Shown here: positions 25,686-39,278 of the stretch, in pieces
Layout of the letters: the number at the start of each line of letters is the position of its first letter
Position numbering within the stretch: position 1 is the first letter of the stretch
Assembly (NCBI GenBank): GCA_030390025.1
Contig: JASTWF010000121.1
Location: 992,001-1,056,000 of the forward strand
From: Squalus acanthias
Taxonomy: Eukaryota
Direction: 5' to 3'
Length of the DNA: 64,000 bases
The notes under the pieces: generated by a model
Database searches by the model: none
Told to the model about the DNA's origin: nothing
Seen by the model: the letters and a program-made list of their open reading frames with translations, nothing else
Program-made: the position numbers and the translations under genes

Positions 25686-27205
25686 CTCAACCCTGAGACC
25701 TTACCAGTCTCTATGACTCAGATACACCCGGGATAAACTCAGACAATGTCTGAAATTGTCTTTTACTGTCACATTTTACACTAGATTACTTTAGATTACT
25801 GCTTTATTTTTAATTTTGTTCAAACAGGCAATAAACAAACAGCTGACAGCTGAAGCACAGAAGAAGTCCGTCCATAAGATGCTATTCTGGGAGGAAGAAC
25901 ATATGATGGACATTTCGATCAGGAAAAGGTTATCAGACCGAACAAGCCTGCTCCCCACCTGCTCACCAGATCCCTCAATCCCTTTTCTCATCTGATTATC
26001 TCCTGAACCCATTTATTCTGTTCATACCAGGAACATTCTTCGGTTCCTTACTCCACAATTCTGTGACCCTTTGGGTGATAAAGTTCTGCCTGACTTTAAC
26101 CTTTACTCCTGTCTTCCTAACTTGTTTCTCCTGGTATTTGAACAATTTGATTCGGCACTTTCCTTCAGAATCTTAGAAAGTTCAATTCGATCAAGCTGCA
26201 GTTTTCTGTTTTGCAAAGGAAACAATCTAAGCTTCCTTAACTTTTCATCATCATTTAAATTCCTGGAACCGGGAATAATCGTTTCTGAAAGGTAATAACA
26301 TGCAGGCGTCCTGATTGTCGGGTTAAACCATTGTCTTCCCCTCCACCCATCTCAAAGTCTTGGAACAGCTCCCTGCTCCCCCTCTCTCTCTCTCACTGCT
26401 CTCTCTCCCTCCCTCGCTCGCTGCTTTCTCCTTTTGATACTCTTGGCTCTCTCTCTCTCTCTCGCTCAATGCTCTCAGGGCTCTCTCCCTCTCAGAGGAA
26501 AGTAGATTGTGTCAGTACGTCAGTAATTTGCCATCTGATCAGAGGATTGTCTTAAGACTGATGCCCCCCAAGCCACAGCCCAGAAGCACATGATTGCTAC
26601 TTTGTTGCGAGCTGTCTAAAGTGCAACTTTTCCAAACACACGCTGTAATCTTGCTAATTGAGTTTTCTACTTGTGCTGTGTTCGGCTGAACCCAGCTAAG
26701 GCTGCCCCACCGTGATGGTGGAATCAAATGTATTCTTCTGTTTTTGATGATTCTGTATTATCTTTGATGTGCAGCAGTTAAATAAAATATTTTACTGCCG
26801 TGTGACCCGTTGTGATTTAGCTATTTGCTGATGAATCATCTTCACGTACCCGGGTATTCTAAATGATCTTCCCACTTTAACCATTGCTCGAAATTGATCA
26901 TTTGAATAACAGCCATTTTAAACCAGGCTGACAGCAGTTTGAAGATTGCAATAACATGAAGATTGCAACATAGCACTACAGTTCTGATGAAGGGTCATTG
27001 ACCTGAAACGTTAACTCTGTTTCTCTCTCCACAGCCTGACCTGCTGAGTGTTTCCAGCATTTTCTGTTTTTATTTATTATAGCACTGCAGTATCTATTTA
27101 ACAGGCTGTACCAAACATTTGAGAATCCATTTTTACTCATCAGCATTTGCAAGAATGATTTTTTTTGGTCTTGTTTAAAGTCTGGAGACTGCTGATGAAG
27201 TCATA

Positions 27206-28106
27206 GGGGTAAAAATTTGGTTGGTTTGCGCCTTCCGTTAGTGCCTTAAGAGGGCGCTAATGGGGCGCAAAACAACTAGCGCCTGTGCGCGGCGATGTTT
27301 GCGCCGCTCACGAAATTAACTAGACATTTTGCGGCGGTGCTAAACACTACCGCCACGTTCTCCTGCGCCGGCCGATCGTGACGTCAGTCGAGAGTGCAAC
27401 GCCCCGGTAGCGCCCCGGACCGGATATTGAGTGGCGCCCCCTGTCTTACCGCCTGCCGTTAGCAACGACAGGTTGAGGGGAGCGTTTTGCAGTCAGGAAG
27501 GGACTGGGGGAGCGCTATTTAAAGGCGACCGCTTCCTACCTTTTTTTGTCAGCAAAATTTTTGCACCACGCATTCTGAGTGAGAGAGAGAGACTGCAGGA
27601 GATATTCAAAGCTGTGTTGAGGAGTTTTGGGTACTGAGCAGCACTTTGCAGGTTCTTTCTGGTTTGATGTTCCTTGCATCGATTTAGAAGAGAATATGGG
27701 GGCTGCAGTCTGAGCTCTTTCCCTGGGCCTCTCCATTGTTCTTTCCAGCAGAATTGATGTACTGGTCTCTCCAGGCCGAGATTCAAGCCTGCAATGAGCA
27801 GGGTGTGGATGGAGAGCAAGATCGACCCCCCCCCCCCACCACTTTAAGAACTGTCCCCCGCCAGTGTGTCTGTGTTCTATTGCTGACTGACATCGCATGA
27901 GCTTCGCCAGCGCTCTGAGGTAGCGCCTCGCTCCTCGGCCTTTGCGCCTTAAGACAGGTGTGTAGCGCCTGATTTAGCGCCCCAATCACCTCCAGGGGCG
28001 ATAAAAGCCAAGTTTGCAGTCAGAGGCGATAATTAGCGGCAGGCGCTAAACTTTGCGCCCGGCCAATAATCGCGCCCCAAACGGGGCGATACTGAATTTC
28101 ACCCCC
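27206..28106 (+). mobile_element. Non-autonomous deletion derivative related to the 48111-52295 Harbinger
   Basis: TIRs GGGGTAAAAATT / AATTTCACCCCC, TSD ATA; left part matches ~48111-48640 and right part ~51970-52295; inserted in a CR1 tail. Confidence 0.88.
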
Positions 28107-31090
28107 ATAGAGTCATAAGGGCACAGAAGGAGGCCATTCGGCCCATCGAGTCCGTGCCAGCTCTCTGTAGAGCTGTCCAAACAGTCCCATTCCCCTGATC
28201 TATCCCCGTAGCCCTGCAAGTTTATTTCCCTCAAGTGCCTATCCAGTCTCTCCTTGAAAACATTGAGTGTCTCCGCTTCCACAACTTCCGTCCGCAGCGA
28301 ATTCCAGGTCCTCACCACTCGCTGCGTAAAAAAGTTTTTCCTCACATCCCCCCTGTATCTCTTGCCCAAAACCTTAAATCTGTGTCCCCTAGTTCTTGTA
28401 CCATCAACTAGTGGGACCAGTCTTTCCCCGTCTAGCCCATCCAAACCCGTCATAATCTTGTACACCTCTATCAAATCATCCCTCAACCTCCTTTGCTCTA
28501 ATGAAAACAAATCCAGCTTCTCCAACCTGTCGTTGTAGCTAAGATCCCCCATCCCCGGAACCATTCTGGTAAGTCTCCTCTGCACCCTCTCAAGGGCTGT
28601 CACATTCTTCCTAAAGTGTGGTGACCAGAACTGGACGCAATACTCCAGTTGTGGCCTAACCAGAGCTTTATAAAGGTTCAGCATAACTTCTCTACTTCTG
28701 TACTCAATACCCCTATTTATGAAGCCCATGATCGCATATGCTTTGCTAACCACTCTCTCAATATGTCCTGCCACCTTCAGGGACCTATTCACATTAACTC
28801 CCAGATCCCTCTGTCCCTGCACACTCATTAAAACTGTGCCATTAAGTGTATATTGCCTCTCCCTGTTCCTTCTGCCAAAATGCATCACCTCACACTTCTC
28901 TATTAAATTCCATCTGCCACTTGTCTGCCCATTCTGCTAGTCTTTCTATGTCCTGTTGCTGTCGATTGGTATCATTCTCACTGTTTGCCACACTCCCAAG
29001 TTTGGTGTCATCGGAAAATTTAGAAATTCTACTTTGTATTCCAATATCCAGGTCATTTATATATATATCAAAAAAAGCAGTGGCCCCAGCACTGACCCTT
29101 GGGGAACACCACTGCCTACCATCCTCCAGTCTGAAAATCCAAAAATGTGCGGGTTAGGTTGATTTGGCTATGATAAATTGACCCTTAGTGTTAGGGGGGG
29201 ATTAAATATGTGGGGTTATGGGGATAGGATGGGATATGTTAGGGGGAATTAAATACGTGGGGTTACGGGGGTAGGGTGGGATATGTGTACTGTGGGGATT
29301 AAAGCAGGGACAGGGTACTGGATTTGGATGATCAGCCATGATCGTATTGAATGGTGGAGCAGGCTCGACGGGCCGAATGGCCTACTCCTGCTCCTAGATT
29401 CTATGTTTCTATGTTTCTATGAAAAACAGCCATTTACCACAACTCGCTGTTTTCTGTCCTTAAGCTAATTCCTTATCCAAGCTGCCACTGACACATCTAT
29501 TCCATGAGCCTCAATTTTGTTAACCAGCCTTCTATGTGGTACTTTATCTAACGTCTTCTGAAAATCCATGCAGACAACATCCATTGCATTCCCTTCATCA
29601 ATCCTCTCTGGTACTTCATCAAAAAATTCAATTAGATTTGCCAAACACGATCTGCCTTTTACAAACCCATGTTGGCTCTCCTAATTAGCTTAAACCCATC
29701 CAAGTGCCCGTAAATCATTTCCTTGATTATTGTTTCTAAAACTTTACCCACCACTGATGTGAAACTGACGGGCCTGTAATTCCTAGGATTGTCCTTACAC
29801 CATTTCTTGAACAATGGTGTCACATTTGCCACTTTCCAAGCCTCAGGCACTTCCCCCGCATCGAGGGAAGATTGGAAAATTATGGCAAGCCCTTCCGCTA
29901 TCTCTTCCCCCAACTCCCTTAGATTTTGTCAGCATCCACCTCCTCAGTAAACCTTCACCGAAGTGAATGATAGCATGGGCCTTACACTGAACATCCGCAA
30001 GACAAAGGTCCTCTACCAACCTGCTCCCACCTCACAGTACTGCCCCCCGATTATCAAAATCCACGATGAGGCCTTGGACAACGTGGATCACTTTCCACAG
30101 CTCGGGAGCCTACTGATAACAAGGGCAGACGTCGATGGTGAAGTCCAACACCGCCTTCAGTGTGCCAGTGCAGCATTCGGTCACCTGTGGAAGAGTTTGT
30201 TTGAAGACCAGGACCTCAAACCCGGCACCAAGCTCATGGTCTACAGAGCAGTAGTGATTCCTGCCCTCCTGCATGCTTCAGAGACATGGACCCTGTACAG
30301 CAGACACCTCAAAGCACTGGAGAGGTAACACCAACGCTGCCTCCGCAAGATCCTGCAAATCCATTGGCAGGATAGGCGCACCAACGTCAGTGTTCTTGCT
30401 CAGGCCAACATTCCCAGCATCGAAGCTTTGACCACGCTCGATCAGCTCTGATGGATGGGCCACATCGTCCGCATGCCCGATACGAGACTCCCAAAACAAG
30501 CGCTCTACTCGGAGCTCCGACACGGCAAGAGAGCCCCAGGTGGGCAGAGGAAATGCTTCAAGGGCACCCTCAAAGCCTCCCTGAAAAAGTGCTACATCCC
30601 CACCGACACCTGGGAATCTCTGGCCCAAGACCGCTCAAAGTCGAGGAGAAGCATCCGGGAAGGTGCCGAAAACCTCGATTCTCTTCGCCGGGATCAAGCG
30701 GAAGCCAAGCGCAAACAGCGGAAGGAGTGCACGTAAACCCAAGCACCCCACCCACCCGCCCCTTCAACCACCGTCTGCCCCACCTGTGACAGAGACTGTA
30801 GGTCCCGCATTGGAATCATCAGTCACCTGAGAACTCATTTTTAGTGTGGAAGCAAGTCATCCTCGGTTCCGAGGGACTGTCTAAGAAGAAGAAGAAGAGT
30901 AAACATCGATACAAAGTACTTATTGAGTATTCTAGCCTTGCCCTGTGCCTCTAAGCATATATCACCTTCTTTGTCTTTAATAGGCCCCACCCTGCCTCTT
31001 ACTACCCGCTTACTGTTTACATGCCGGTAGAATATTTTTGTGTTCCCTTTTATGTTAACCACCATTGTACTCTTATATTCTCTCTTTGCC
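28107..31090 (-). mobile_element. CR1 LINE interrupted by a SINE/CR1 tail (~29140-29420) and an RTE piece
   Basis: Minus-strand ORF2 fragments at 28046-28888, 29659-29913 and 30900-31090. Confidence 0.85.
29963..30898 (+). mobile_element. RTE-clade LINE 3' fragment
   Basis: GLTLNIRKTKV..LGS..TKLMVYRAVV..ETW..GHIVRMPDTRLPK..R..GG; terminal C2H2-like motif; (AAG)n tail. Confidence 0.85.
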
Positions 31091-31129
31091 AATCTTATTT
31101 TCATCTCCTCTGGCACTTTCAACCCTTTG

Positions 31130-31930
31130 AGCATCTCACCTTGTTACACCCCTCTCACCTCTCATTTAAAATCCTCGTTCTCTACCGCCCACCCAAGAAC
31201 CATAGTATCATATTTGACCCCAAGATGAGCTTCCGACCACATATCCGCGGCATAACTAAGCCCGCCTATTTTCACCTCCGTAACATTGCCCATCTCCGCC
31301 CCTGCCTCACCTCATCCGCTGCTGAAAGCCTCATCCATGCCTTTGTGACCTCTAGAATTGACTATTCCAATGCACTCCTGGTTGGCCTCCCACATTCCAT
31401 CCTACGTAAACTTGAGGTCATCCAAAACTCAGCTGCCCGTGTTCTAACTCGCACCAAGACTCATTTACCTATCACTCCTGTGCTCGCTGACCTACATTGG
31501 CTCCCAGTTAAGGAATGCCTCGATTTCAAAATTCTCATCCTCCTTTTCAAATCCCTCCATGGCCTCGTCATTCCCTATCTCTGTAATCTCCTTCAGCCCC
31601 ACAACCCCTCGAGATATCTGCGCTCCTCTAATTCTGCCCTCTTGACCATCCCTGACTTTAATCGCTCAACCATTGGTGGCCGTGCCTTCTGTTGCCTAGG
31701 CCCTAAGCTTTTGAATTCCCTGCCTAAACCTCTCTGCCTCCCGACCTCTCTTTCCTCCTTTAAGACGCTCCTTAAAACCTACCTTTTTGACCAAGCTTTC
31801 GATCACCTGCCCTAATATCTCCTTATGTGGCTCGGGGTCAAATTTTGCTTTATAACACTCCTGTGAAGCACCTTGGGACATTTTACTACGTTAAAGGCGC
31901 TATATAAATACAAGTTGTTGTTGTTGTTGT
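31130..31930 (+). mobile_element. L2-clade LINE 3' fragment
   Basis: HAFVTSRIDYSNALL..IQNSAAR..HW LPV..FKT.LKTYLF; tail CGCTATATAAATACAAG(TTG)n. Further fragments at ~33310-33720 (+), ~44900-45360 (-) and ~52430-52980 (-). Confidence 0.85.
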
Positions 31931-33721
31931 TAACTTACATTAAGTAATTTTGCGACATCAAATATTGAGGTTTTTGTTCAGTTTAATTAGATTTTTTGTT
32001 GACATTTACTTGCATCAGTGAAATGAAAAATAGAAAGCTTTTGTCGTGAGAAATTTGTTCACAAAGATATAAAGATTAAGATCAAGAGCTCGTCACACAA
32101 ACCACAGACTTGACAGTTTTTCTTTGGCCACTGGCCATTTGTCAGCCTATTTCCTCAACTCATGCCCACACTTGATTCTGTGAACCATATTAGGCCAAAA
32201 TGTGAAGGCTGATACAGCGATTGGTGCAACTCCCATGAACATGTGTTATTCCGATAATAAAATAGGAGGGAGGTGCAATTGACAAAACAGTTATACCCAC
32301 TCCTTCGCTTTGGAGCCCGGACTGACATTAACCAAATATCAGAAAGGTGCCTTTGACCATTGAATGAAACTGTCACTCACAGCATAGTTCAAAGAAACCC
32401 CTTTCCCCCACAGGCTCCACCCCCCCGACCTCCCCACGACCCCCGACCTCTCCCCTCCCGGCGCTCCTGTTCCAGTGCTGGGGGCTGTCCCCAAGGGTCC
32501 CCGGGGGGCGGGGCTGTGACCTCCTGCCGCTGACGTTCCCTCTTGCCCACCGGCCAAGCTGTCCAATTGGCCGGCTGCCGGGCGGGAGGCGGCCCTACAA
32601 TATGCTAATGAGTCGAATGGCGTGCTGGGTTCTTTGTCTGATGTTGGTGCTGGCAGTGGGCTGACTGTAGAGCAGCACAAGGCAGTGAAAGATTCAGACA
32701 AACACTCCTCACTCCCAGGGCCCTCCTCACAATCACCCTTCATTCTAGCCTGTGCACAGCCTCTGTTTCTAGTCCATTTGCATTGATAATGTCACCTCTT
32801 CTCCGACAGCCCTCTCACGGTTTAACGACTTAATGAACTCTTGCTCTTGTGTTTTGCCTTGGTTTCCAGGCTTTTTTCTAGGTCTCTCGATCCCTCCATT
32901 ACCCTTTCAGCTTGCCGGCAAATCACGTGCAGGACATCCCTTTTCTAACTTTAGCTACCAAATGAACTCCCTCCTTATTTCAGAGGAGCATCCACTGATC
33001 ACTCCAGACCCAACTGGAAGATCCACCATGGCCTGAAATGGGCCCTGGCTTTATGTCTAATTTAGCATTCCATTGCACCGCACCTGTGCCCATTTCAGGG
33101 TGTCGAATAGTTTCAATGTGGCCCCAATGTCTCTTCAGAAATGGATTGCCATGGAGATGGGACACTTCAAACATTGCGGTAGGGGTGGGGGAGGGTTGCA
33201 GTTTGATGTCTATTGAAAGAACTGTCCTAAATTCAGTTTAAAAAATGCTTGAAACAATGTGCAAGGAGCCCAGATCTGACTAGAATTCACATCTCTCAAT
33301 CCGATTTCAACCTTGGCGTTATGTTTGACCCCAAGATGAGCTTCCAACCACAGATCCACGCCATCACTAAGACCGCCTATTTCCACCTCCGTAACATCGT
33401 CTGACTCCGCCCCTGCCTCAGCATATCTGCTGCAGAAACCCTCATCCATGTCTTTGTTACCTCTAGACTTGACTATTCCAATGTTCTCCTGGCCAGCCTC
33501 CCATCTTGCACCCTACATAAACTTGAGCTCATCCAAACTCTGTTGCCCGTGTCCTAACTCCCTGTCTCTGATCTGCTCCAGCCCTACAACCCCCCCGAGA
33601 ACTCTGCGCTGCACCACTTCTGGCCTCTTGAGCATCCCCGATTTTAATCGCCCCAGCATTGGTGGCCGTGCCTTCAGCTCTGGAATTCCCTCCCTAAATC
33701 TCTCCCTCTCTCTACCTCCCT

Positions 33722-35700
33722 GAGGAACTTCTGCAGCGATCTCCTGGGGCTGTGATGATTGACCTTCAACCACCACAACCATTTTCCTTTATGCTAAGTA
33801 TGACTCCAGCCAGTGGAGAGTTTCCCCCCCCCCCCCGATTCCCATTGACTTCAATTTTACTAGAGCTCCTTGATGCCACACTCGGTCAAATGCTGCCTTG
33901 ATGTCAAGGGCAGTCACTCTGGAATTCAGCTCCTTTGTCCATGTTTGGACCAAGGCTGTAATGATGTCGGGAGCTGAGTGGTCTTGGCCGAACCCAAACT
34001 GGGCATCAGTGAGCAGGTGCCGCTTGATAGCACTGTTGATGACACCTTCCATCACTTTGCTGATGATTGAGAGTAGACTGATGGGGCGGTAATTGGCCGG
34101 ATTGGATTTGTCCTGCTTTTTGTGGACAGGACATACCTGGTCAATTTTCCACATTGTCGGATAGATGCCAGTGTTGTAGCTGTACTGGAACAGCTTGGCT
34201 AGAGGCACGGCTAGTTCTGGAGCACAAATCTTCAGCACGATAGCCGGGATGTTGTCGGGTTCCATAGCTTGCTATATCCAGTGTGTTCAGCCGTTTCTTG
34301 ATATCACTTGGAGTGAATCGAATTGGCTGAAGACTGGCTTCTGTGATGGTGGGAAGCTCAGGAGTAGGCCGATATGGATCATTCACTCGGCACTTCTGGT
34401 TGAAAACGCTTCCGCCTTGTCTTTTGCACTCATGTGCTGGGCTCCACCATCATTGAAGATGGGGATATTCATGGAACCACCTCCTCCTCCCATTAGTTGT
34501 TTAATGGTCCACCACCATTCACGACTGGATGTGGCAGGACTGCAGAGCTTTGATCTGATCCATTGATTGTGGGATCGCTTAGCCCTGTCTATAGCATGCT
34601 GCTTCTGCTTTTTAGCATGCAAGTAGTCCTGTGTTGCAGCTTCCCCAGGTTGGCAGCTCATTCTTAGTGCTGGTGCTGCTCCTGGCATGCTCTTCTACAC
34701 TCCTTATTGAACCAGGGTTGGTCCCCTGGCTTGGTGGTAATGGTAGAATGAGGGATATGCCAGGCCATGAGGTTACAGATTGTGGTGGAATACAATTCTG
34801 CTGCTGCTGATGGCCCACAGCGCCTCATGGATGCCCAGTTTTAAGCTGCTAGATCTGTTCTGAATCTATCCCATTTAGCACGGTGTCCTCAGTTTTAAGG
34901 CGGGACTTTGTCTCCACAATGACTGTGCGGTGGTCACTGCTACCAATACTGTCATGGACAGATGCATCTGCGACAGGTAGATTGGTGAGGACGAGGTGAA
35001 GTAGGTTTTTCCCTCGTGTTGGTTCTCTCACCACCTGTTGCAGGCCCAGACTGGCAGCTATGTCCTTCAGGACTCGGCCAGCTCGGTCAGTAGTGGTGCT
35101 GCTGAGCCACTCTTGTTGATGGACATTGAAGTCCCCCACCCAGAGTACATTCTGTGCCCTTGCTACTCTTAGTGCTTCTTCCAAGTGGTGTCCAACATGA
35201 CAGAGTACTGATTCATCAGCTGAGGGAGGGCAGTAGGTGGTAATCAGCAGGATGATTCCTTACCCATTCATGACCTGAAGCTCTGAGACTTCATGGGGTC
35301 CAGAGTTAATGTTGAGAACTCCCAGGGCCACTCCTTCCCGACTGTATACCCCCCGGTGGGTCTGTCCTGCCAGTGGGACAGGACATACCCAGGGATGGTG
35401 ATGGAGGAGTTTGGGACATTGGATGAAAGGTATGATTCTGTGAGTATGACTATGTCAGGCTGTTGCTTGACTAGTCTGTGGGACAGCTCTCCCAATATTG
35501 GCACAAGTCCCCAGATGTTGCTGAGGATGACTTTGCAGGGTCGACTGGGCTGGGTGTGCCGTTGTCGTGTCCGTAGCCAGTGCCGGGTTGTCCGACCGAT
35601 TTCATTCTTATTATTGTGTTTTGTAGCAGTTTGTTACAACCGAGTGTCTCGCTGGGCCATTTCAGAGGGCAGTTAAGAGTTATCCACCTTGCTGTGGGTC
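33722..35700 (-). mobile_element. Second CR1-group LINE family, decayed EN+RT
   Basis: DIVILTESYL, VGDFNVH, GSSDH, NYRPISLLS, ALDIKAAFDRVWH. A 3' end of a similar element lies at ~56820-57400 (+). Confidence 0.85.
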
Positions 35701-36039
35701 TGGAGTCACATATAGGCCAGACCAGGTAAGGACGGCAGATTTCCTTCCCTAAAGGACATTAGTGAACCAGATGGGTTTTTACGACAATCCGATAGTTTCA
35801 TGGTCACCATTACTGATTCTAGTTTTTTATTCCAGATTTAGTTAATTAACTGAATTGAAATTCCCCAGCTGCTGTGGTGGGATTTGAACTCATGTCTCTG
35901 GATCATTAGTTCAGGCCTACTGGATTACTAGACCAGTGACATTACCGCTATGCTACCTTTCCCAAGCTTCATAGTAAATTTAGTACTACAGTTGGAGACT
36001 CAGAGATAATCTTGAAGTGGAGCATTCATCGGGTAGGTC

Positions 36040-36800
36040 ATGGGTGGAGGGATCCCAAAATAGTTAGTGTACGATTCTGTCCTTGTACAAGGCCTTGCTC
36101 AGGCTGCACTTGGAATACTATATCCAGTTTTGATCTCCTCACATGGTGGGTGATATTGAGGCTTTGAAAAGGGTGGAGAGGAGGAGCCACTGGACTAATT
36201 CCCAGTCTGAAGCATCTTAGTTTTCAAGATAGGGTAAAAGAGTTGGGCCTCTACACTTTAGAGAAGCGTAGACTTCGGGATGATCCAATGGAAATTTATA
36301 AGATAATGAAGGGGATAGATTGTGTTCCAGTTGACAGTTTGTTCCAATAGGTTGGGGAGGACCAGGGGTCACAATCTGAAGTTGTACAAGGCCAGATCGA
36401 GGTTAGATGTCAGTGGGTGGTTCGTTTCCCAGAGAATGGTGGACCTCTGGAACAGGCTGCCATCTCGTGTGGTGGACGGCGATTCGCTGAATTCCTTCAA
36501 GCGAGAGCTGGACCAGTTTCTGGCTGGGGCGGAGATCACCTCTTACAGAAGGTGGGTACTGCAGGGAATTCAGGGCCAGAGTGAGCTCCTGGACTAGGTT
36601 CAATCACCTCGGGGCGTCGGAGAGGAATTTCCCAGATTTTTCCCCTTTTGGCCTGGGGTTTTTTAGCTGGTTTTTCACCTCTCCCAGGAGATCCCATGGT
36701 TTCGGGTGGGGTGGGGTGGAGAGTGTATATATTGTGATACACAAGGTATCGCAATTGTGTGGGACAGGCTGGATGGACCAGAGCGTCTTCACCTGTCCGT
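36040..36800 (+). mobile_element. CR1 3' fragment (family with long 3' UTR)
   Basis: RTRGHNLKL...SQRMVDLWNRLP..FKRELD. Confidence 0.75.
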
Positions 36801-36883
36801 CTGTTGGTCTGATGTCGGCTGTAAGAAGCCTTTGCATGGTCAGGCCTCATTTACATGGAAACACCAAGCTGATGGCACATTAT

Positions 36884-37627
36884 GGCCCAGAAATTGATCC
36901 CGCGACGCGAGAGTACGCACTGCGTACTCTCGCGTATTCTCTCACCAATTGCCGGTTTTCTGCATGCCCTGCGCATGCGCTGAAAACCGGCACTTGGTTT
37001 TTGGAAAAGGGGGCGGTTCCTCGGTGCACCGCGTGCGTGCTACAGGCTGCGCGCACGCTGTGTACTTAGTGCTTTGGACGCGCAGGTAAGGACGGAAGAT
37101 TTTAGAAATGAAAAAAGGAGGAGTAAGACCCACTTTTAAGAAGGTAAGTAGTGAATTAAGTATTATTTTGAATTTTTTTTAACAGGTATATCTTTTTTAG
37201 AGACTTTAAAGACAGGTAAGTTTATTTTTATAACTTTTTAAAAGATTTTAAATTTTTTCAAAAATTTAATTTTTTATTTAAAATGGTTAATTTATTTAAC
37301 TATACTTATTTTATTAATGTGATGGTTTTTAAAAAAAATTTAATTGAGGTTTAGCTGTTATTTTGGGGGTGTGTAAGATTCATAGCTTTCACAGCACGTA
37401 TGTGAAACTTATGAATGGAAGATGGTGTGCTGCCATTGGCTCTAACTGAGTCACGTGATCCCACAGCTCGCACGAATTCACTACGCCGGTGGGATACGCA
37501 AGCACTGCCCAGCTGATGTCCAGAACATCAAGTTCGTGCGAGCTGGATCTGAAAAAGCCAACGCGGAGTGAGAGATCGCGGGGAAGCCTTACCTCCGCGT
37601 CAACACTCAGTCTTTAATTTCTGGGCC
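36884..37627 (+). mobile_element. Harbinger-type MITE
   Basis: Perfect 12-bp TIR GGCCCAGAAATT / AATTTCTGGGCC; GC-rich arms, AT-rich core; flanks TAT/AAT. Confidence 0.82.
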
Positions 37628-38159
37628 AATAAGTATTGATATAGTAGCTCACCATTTTGGGAGGGAGGTTTCTACGTCTCAATAGCCACCTCCTCTCTGA
37701 AAGCTGAACAAAGGCCTTATTTCATATCTCTTCCATTCCACCTTCTCCACTATTATCTTTGCCTCCTCCATCTCTTAGTAGCCCTGACTCCCTTCTCACT
37801 ACCTTAGAGAAGCCTTTTTCTTTCCTTTATTTTTTTTTGCTACTTTGCTCTCTTACTCTCTTGTGGCCATTTTATTCCCCCTTTTGGAGCTTTCCTGCAT
37901 TCGTTATATTGGCTCATAAACCTTGCATCACTTTCCTTTCATCAGCTTGTCTTCCCTGGACCCACATATTGAACATTGGAAGATGTGACAGGTTCTGTTG
38001 ACAATGGGTGGAAGCAGGAACTGGGAAAATAACTGCCATTGAGAAGGAGATAGACGAGTGTTCAGAATCTGTTTCCAAGCTGCCTTACACACAAGCTAAT
38101 TATTGCATTATTGTTTTCAGTTAGTATCACTGAAATGTTGCCAGCCTGTGTGCTTTGAT

Positions 38160-38325
38160 GATATCTGCTTCTCTGAAAGAACGGCCCACTTCCTGTCCCT
38201 CCTCCCTCTATGTGTGAGCCGATGATTTGTCACAAGTGAGCAGTATCACAGAGCAACACATGGCTATCTGATAGATTGTCGTGTCAGATGGTATCGTGTC
38301 TGCAGGGACACACTTTCCAGTTGGA
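38160..38325 (+). promoter_or_regulatory. Candidate TATA-less haematopoietic-type promoter
   Basis: ETS core CACTTCCTG at 38187-38195 and GATA-like sites (ctatct/tgatag near 38263-38275), about 130 bp upstream of the leader ATG. Motif match only. Confidence 0.35.
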
Positions 38326-38377
38326 ATGATCTGTAAAATGTTCTTGGTTTTCACTCTGACCCTCTGCTCTTCTCTGG
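38326..38377 (+). CDS. Signal-peptide (leader) exon of a second surface/secreted protein gene, probably a paralogue
   Basis: ATG-MICKMFLVFTLTLCSSL-G|gtaagt; 52 nt, phase 1, hydrophobic core; lies in unique non-repeat sequence. Phase 1 is compatible with an Ig-V exon like 1546-1893. Confidence 0.7.
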
Positions 38378-38991
38378 GTAAGTACTTGTTCCAGTTTGGT
38401 TAGGAAGCAGCGAGTGTTTGGTTCAGTGTGTTAGACTTTTGATGTTTTCTGTTACTGACTGTGTAACCGTGTCCTGCAAGTCAGGCAGATTTTGCAGTGA
38501 TCCAGCAACGTGCTGAATTTATTCATTTCCAATTTCGACGCGAGTGCCTTAGAAGAGGAAGCAGCATGATTATATTGGCAGATCCCATTCAGCCTGCATT
38601 CACACTAACTACTGGTCTGAGACGGGGAGCTGGAGTTGGGCTTTAAGTCTGGCTTGACTCCTGGCTGGCTGTTTAGGAAAGAGCACTGCACCTGCCTGAG
38701 GAACAACAATCACTGCATTTATATAGCACCTTCAACAGGAGACACCAGATGGCGCTCTCCCACCCAGACCTTGGAAATGTAAATATTTCAAGTCTGACTT
38801 TGACTCTCACTGCACCTCACTCCAGAGTGGAGTTAAGCCCTGACTCTGGATTTACACTGGAAGTTTAGCTTTGCAGCAACGTTAACCATGCAGTGCAAAT
38901 GTTGCTGTGACTGTGTGTTCACATCCCTGAGGTGTTTCTCTGAGGCTGGGGAACAAAGGCTTGACTGGACATTCTGCTGCAAAGTGATTCT

Positions 38992-39092
38992 CAGAGAGAG
39001 AGAGAGAGAGAGAGAAGACCGGGCACTGGATCCGGGCTACCCGGGGGGGGAGAGAGAGAGAGAAGACCCGGCACTGGATCCGGGCTACCGGG

Positions 39093-39123
<31 letters not shown>

Positions 39124-39247
39124 CCCGGCACTGGATCCGGGCTACCCGGGGAGAGAGAGAGAGAGAAGACCCGGCACTGGATCCGGCTAACCAGAGAGAG
39201 AGAGAGAGAGAGAGAGAAGACCGGGCACTGGATCCGGGCTACCCGGG

Positions 39248-39278
<31 letters not shown>

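Noticed and set aside
32776-32783. Ig-type octamer ATTTGCAT
   Set aside because: 5.5 kb from the leader exon and expected by chance in 64 kb.
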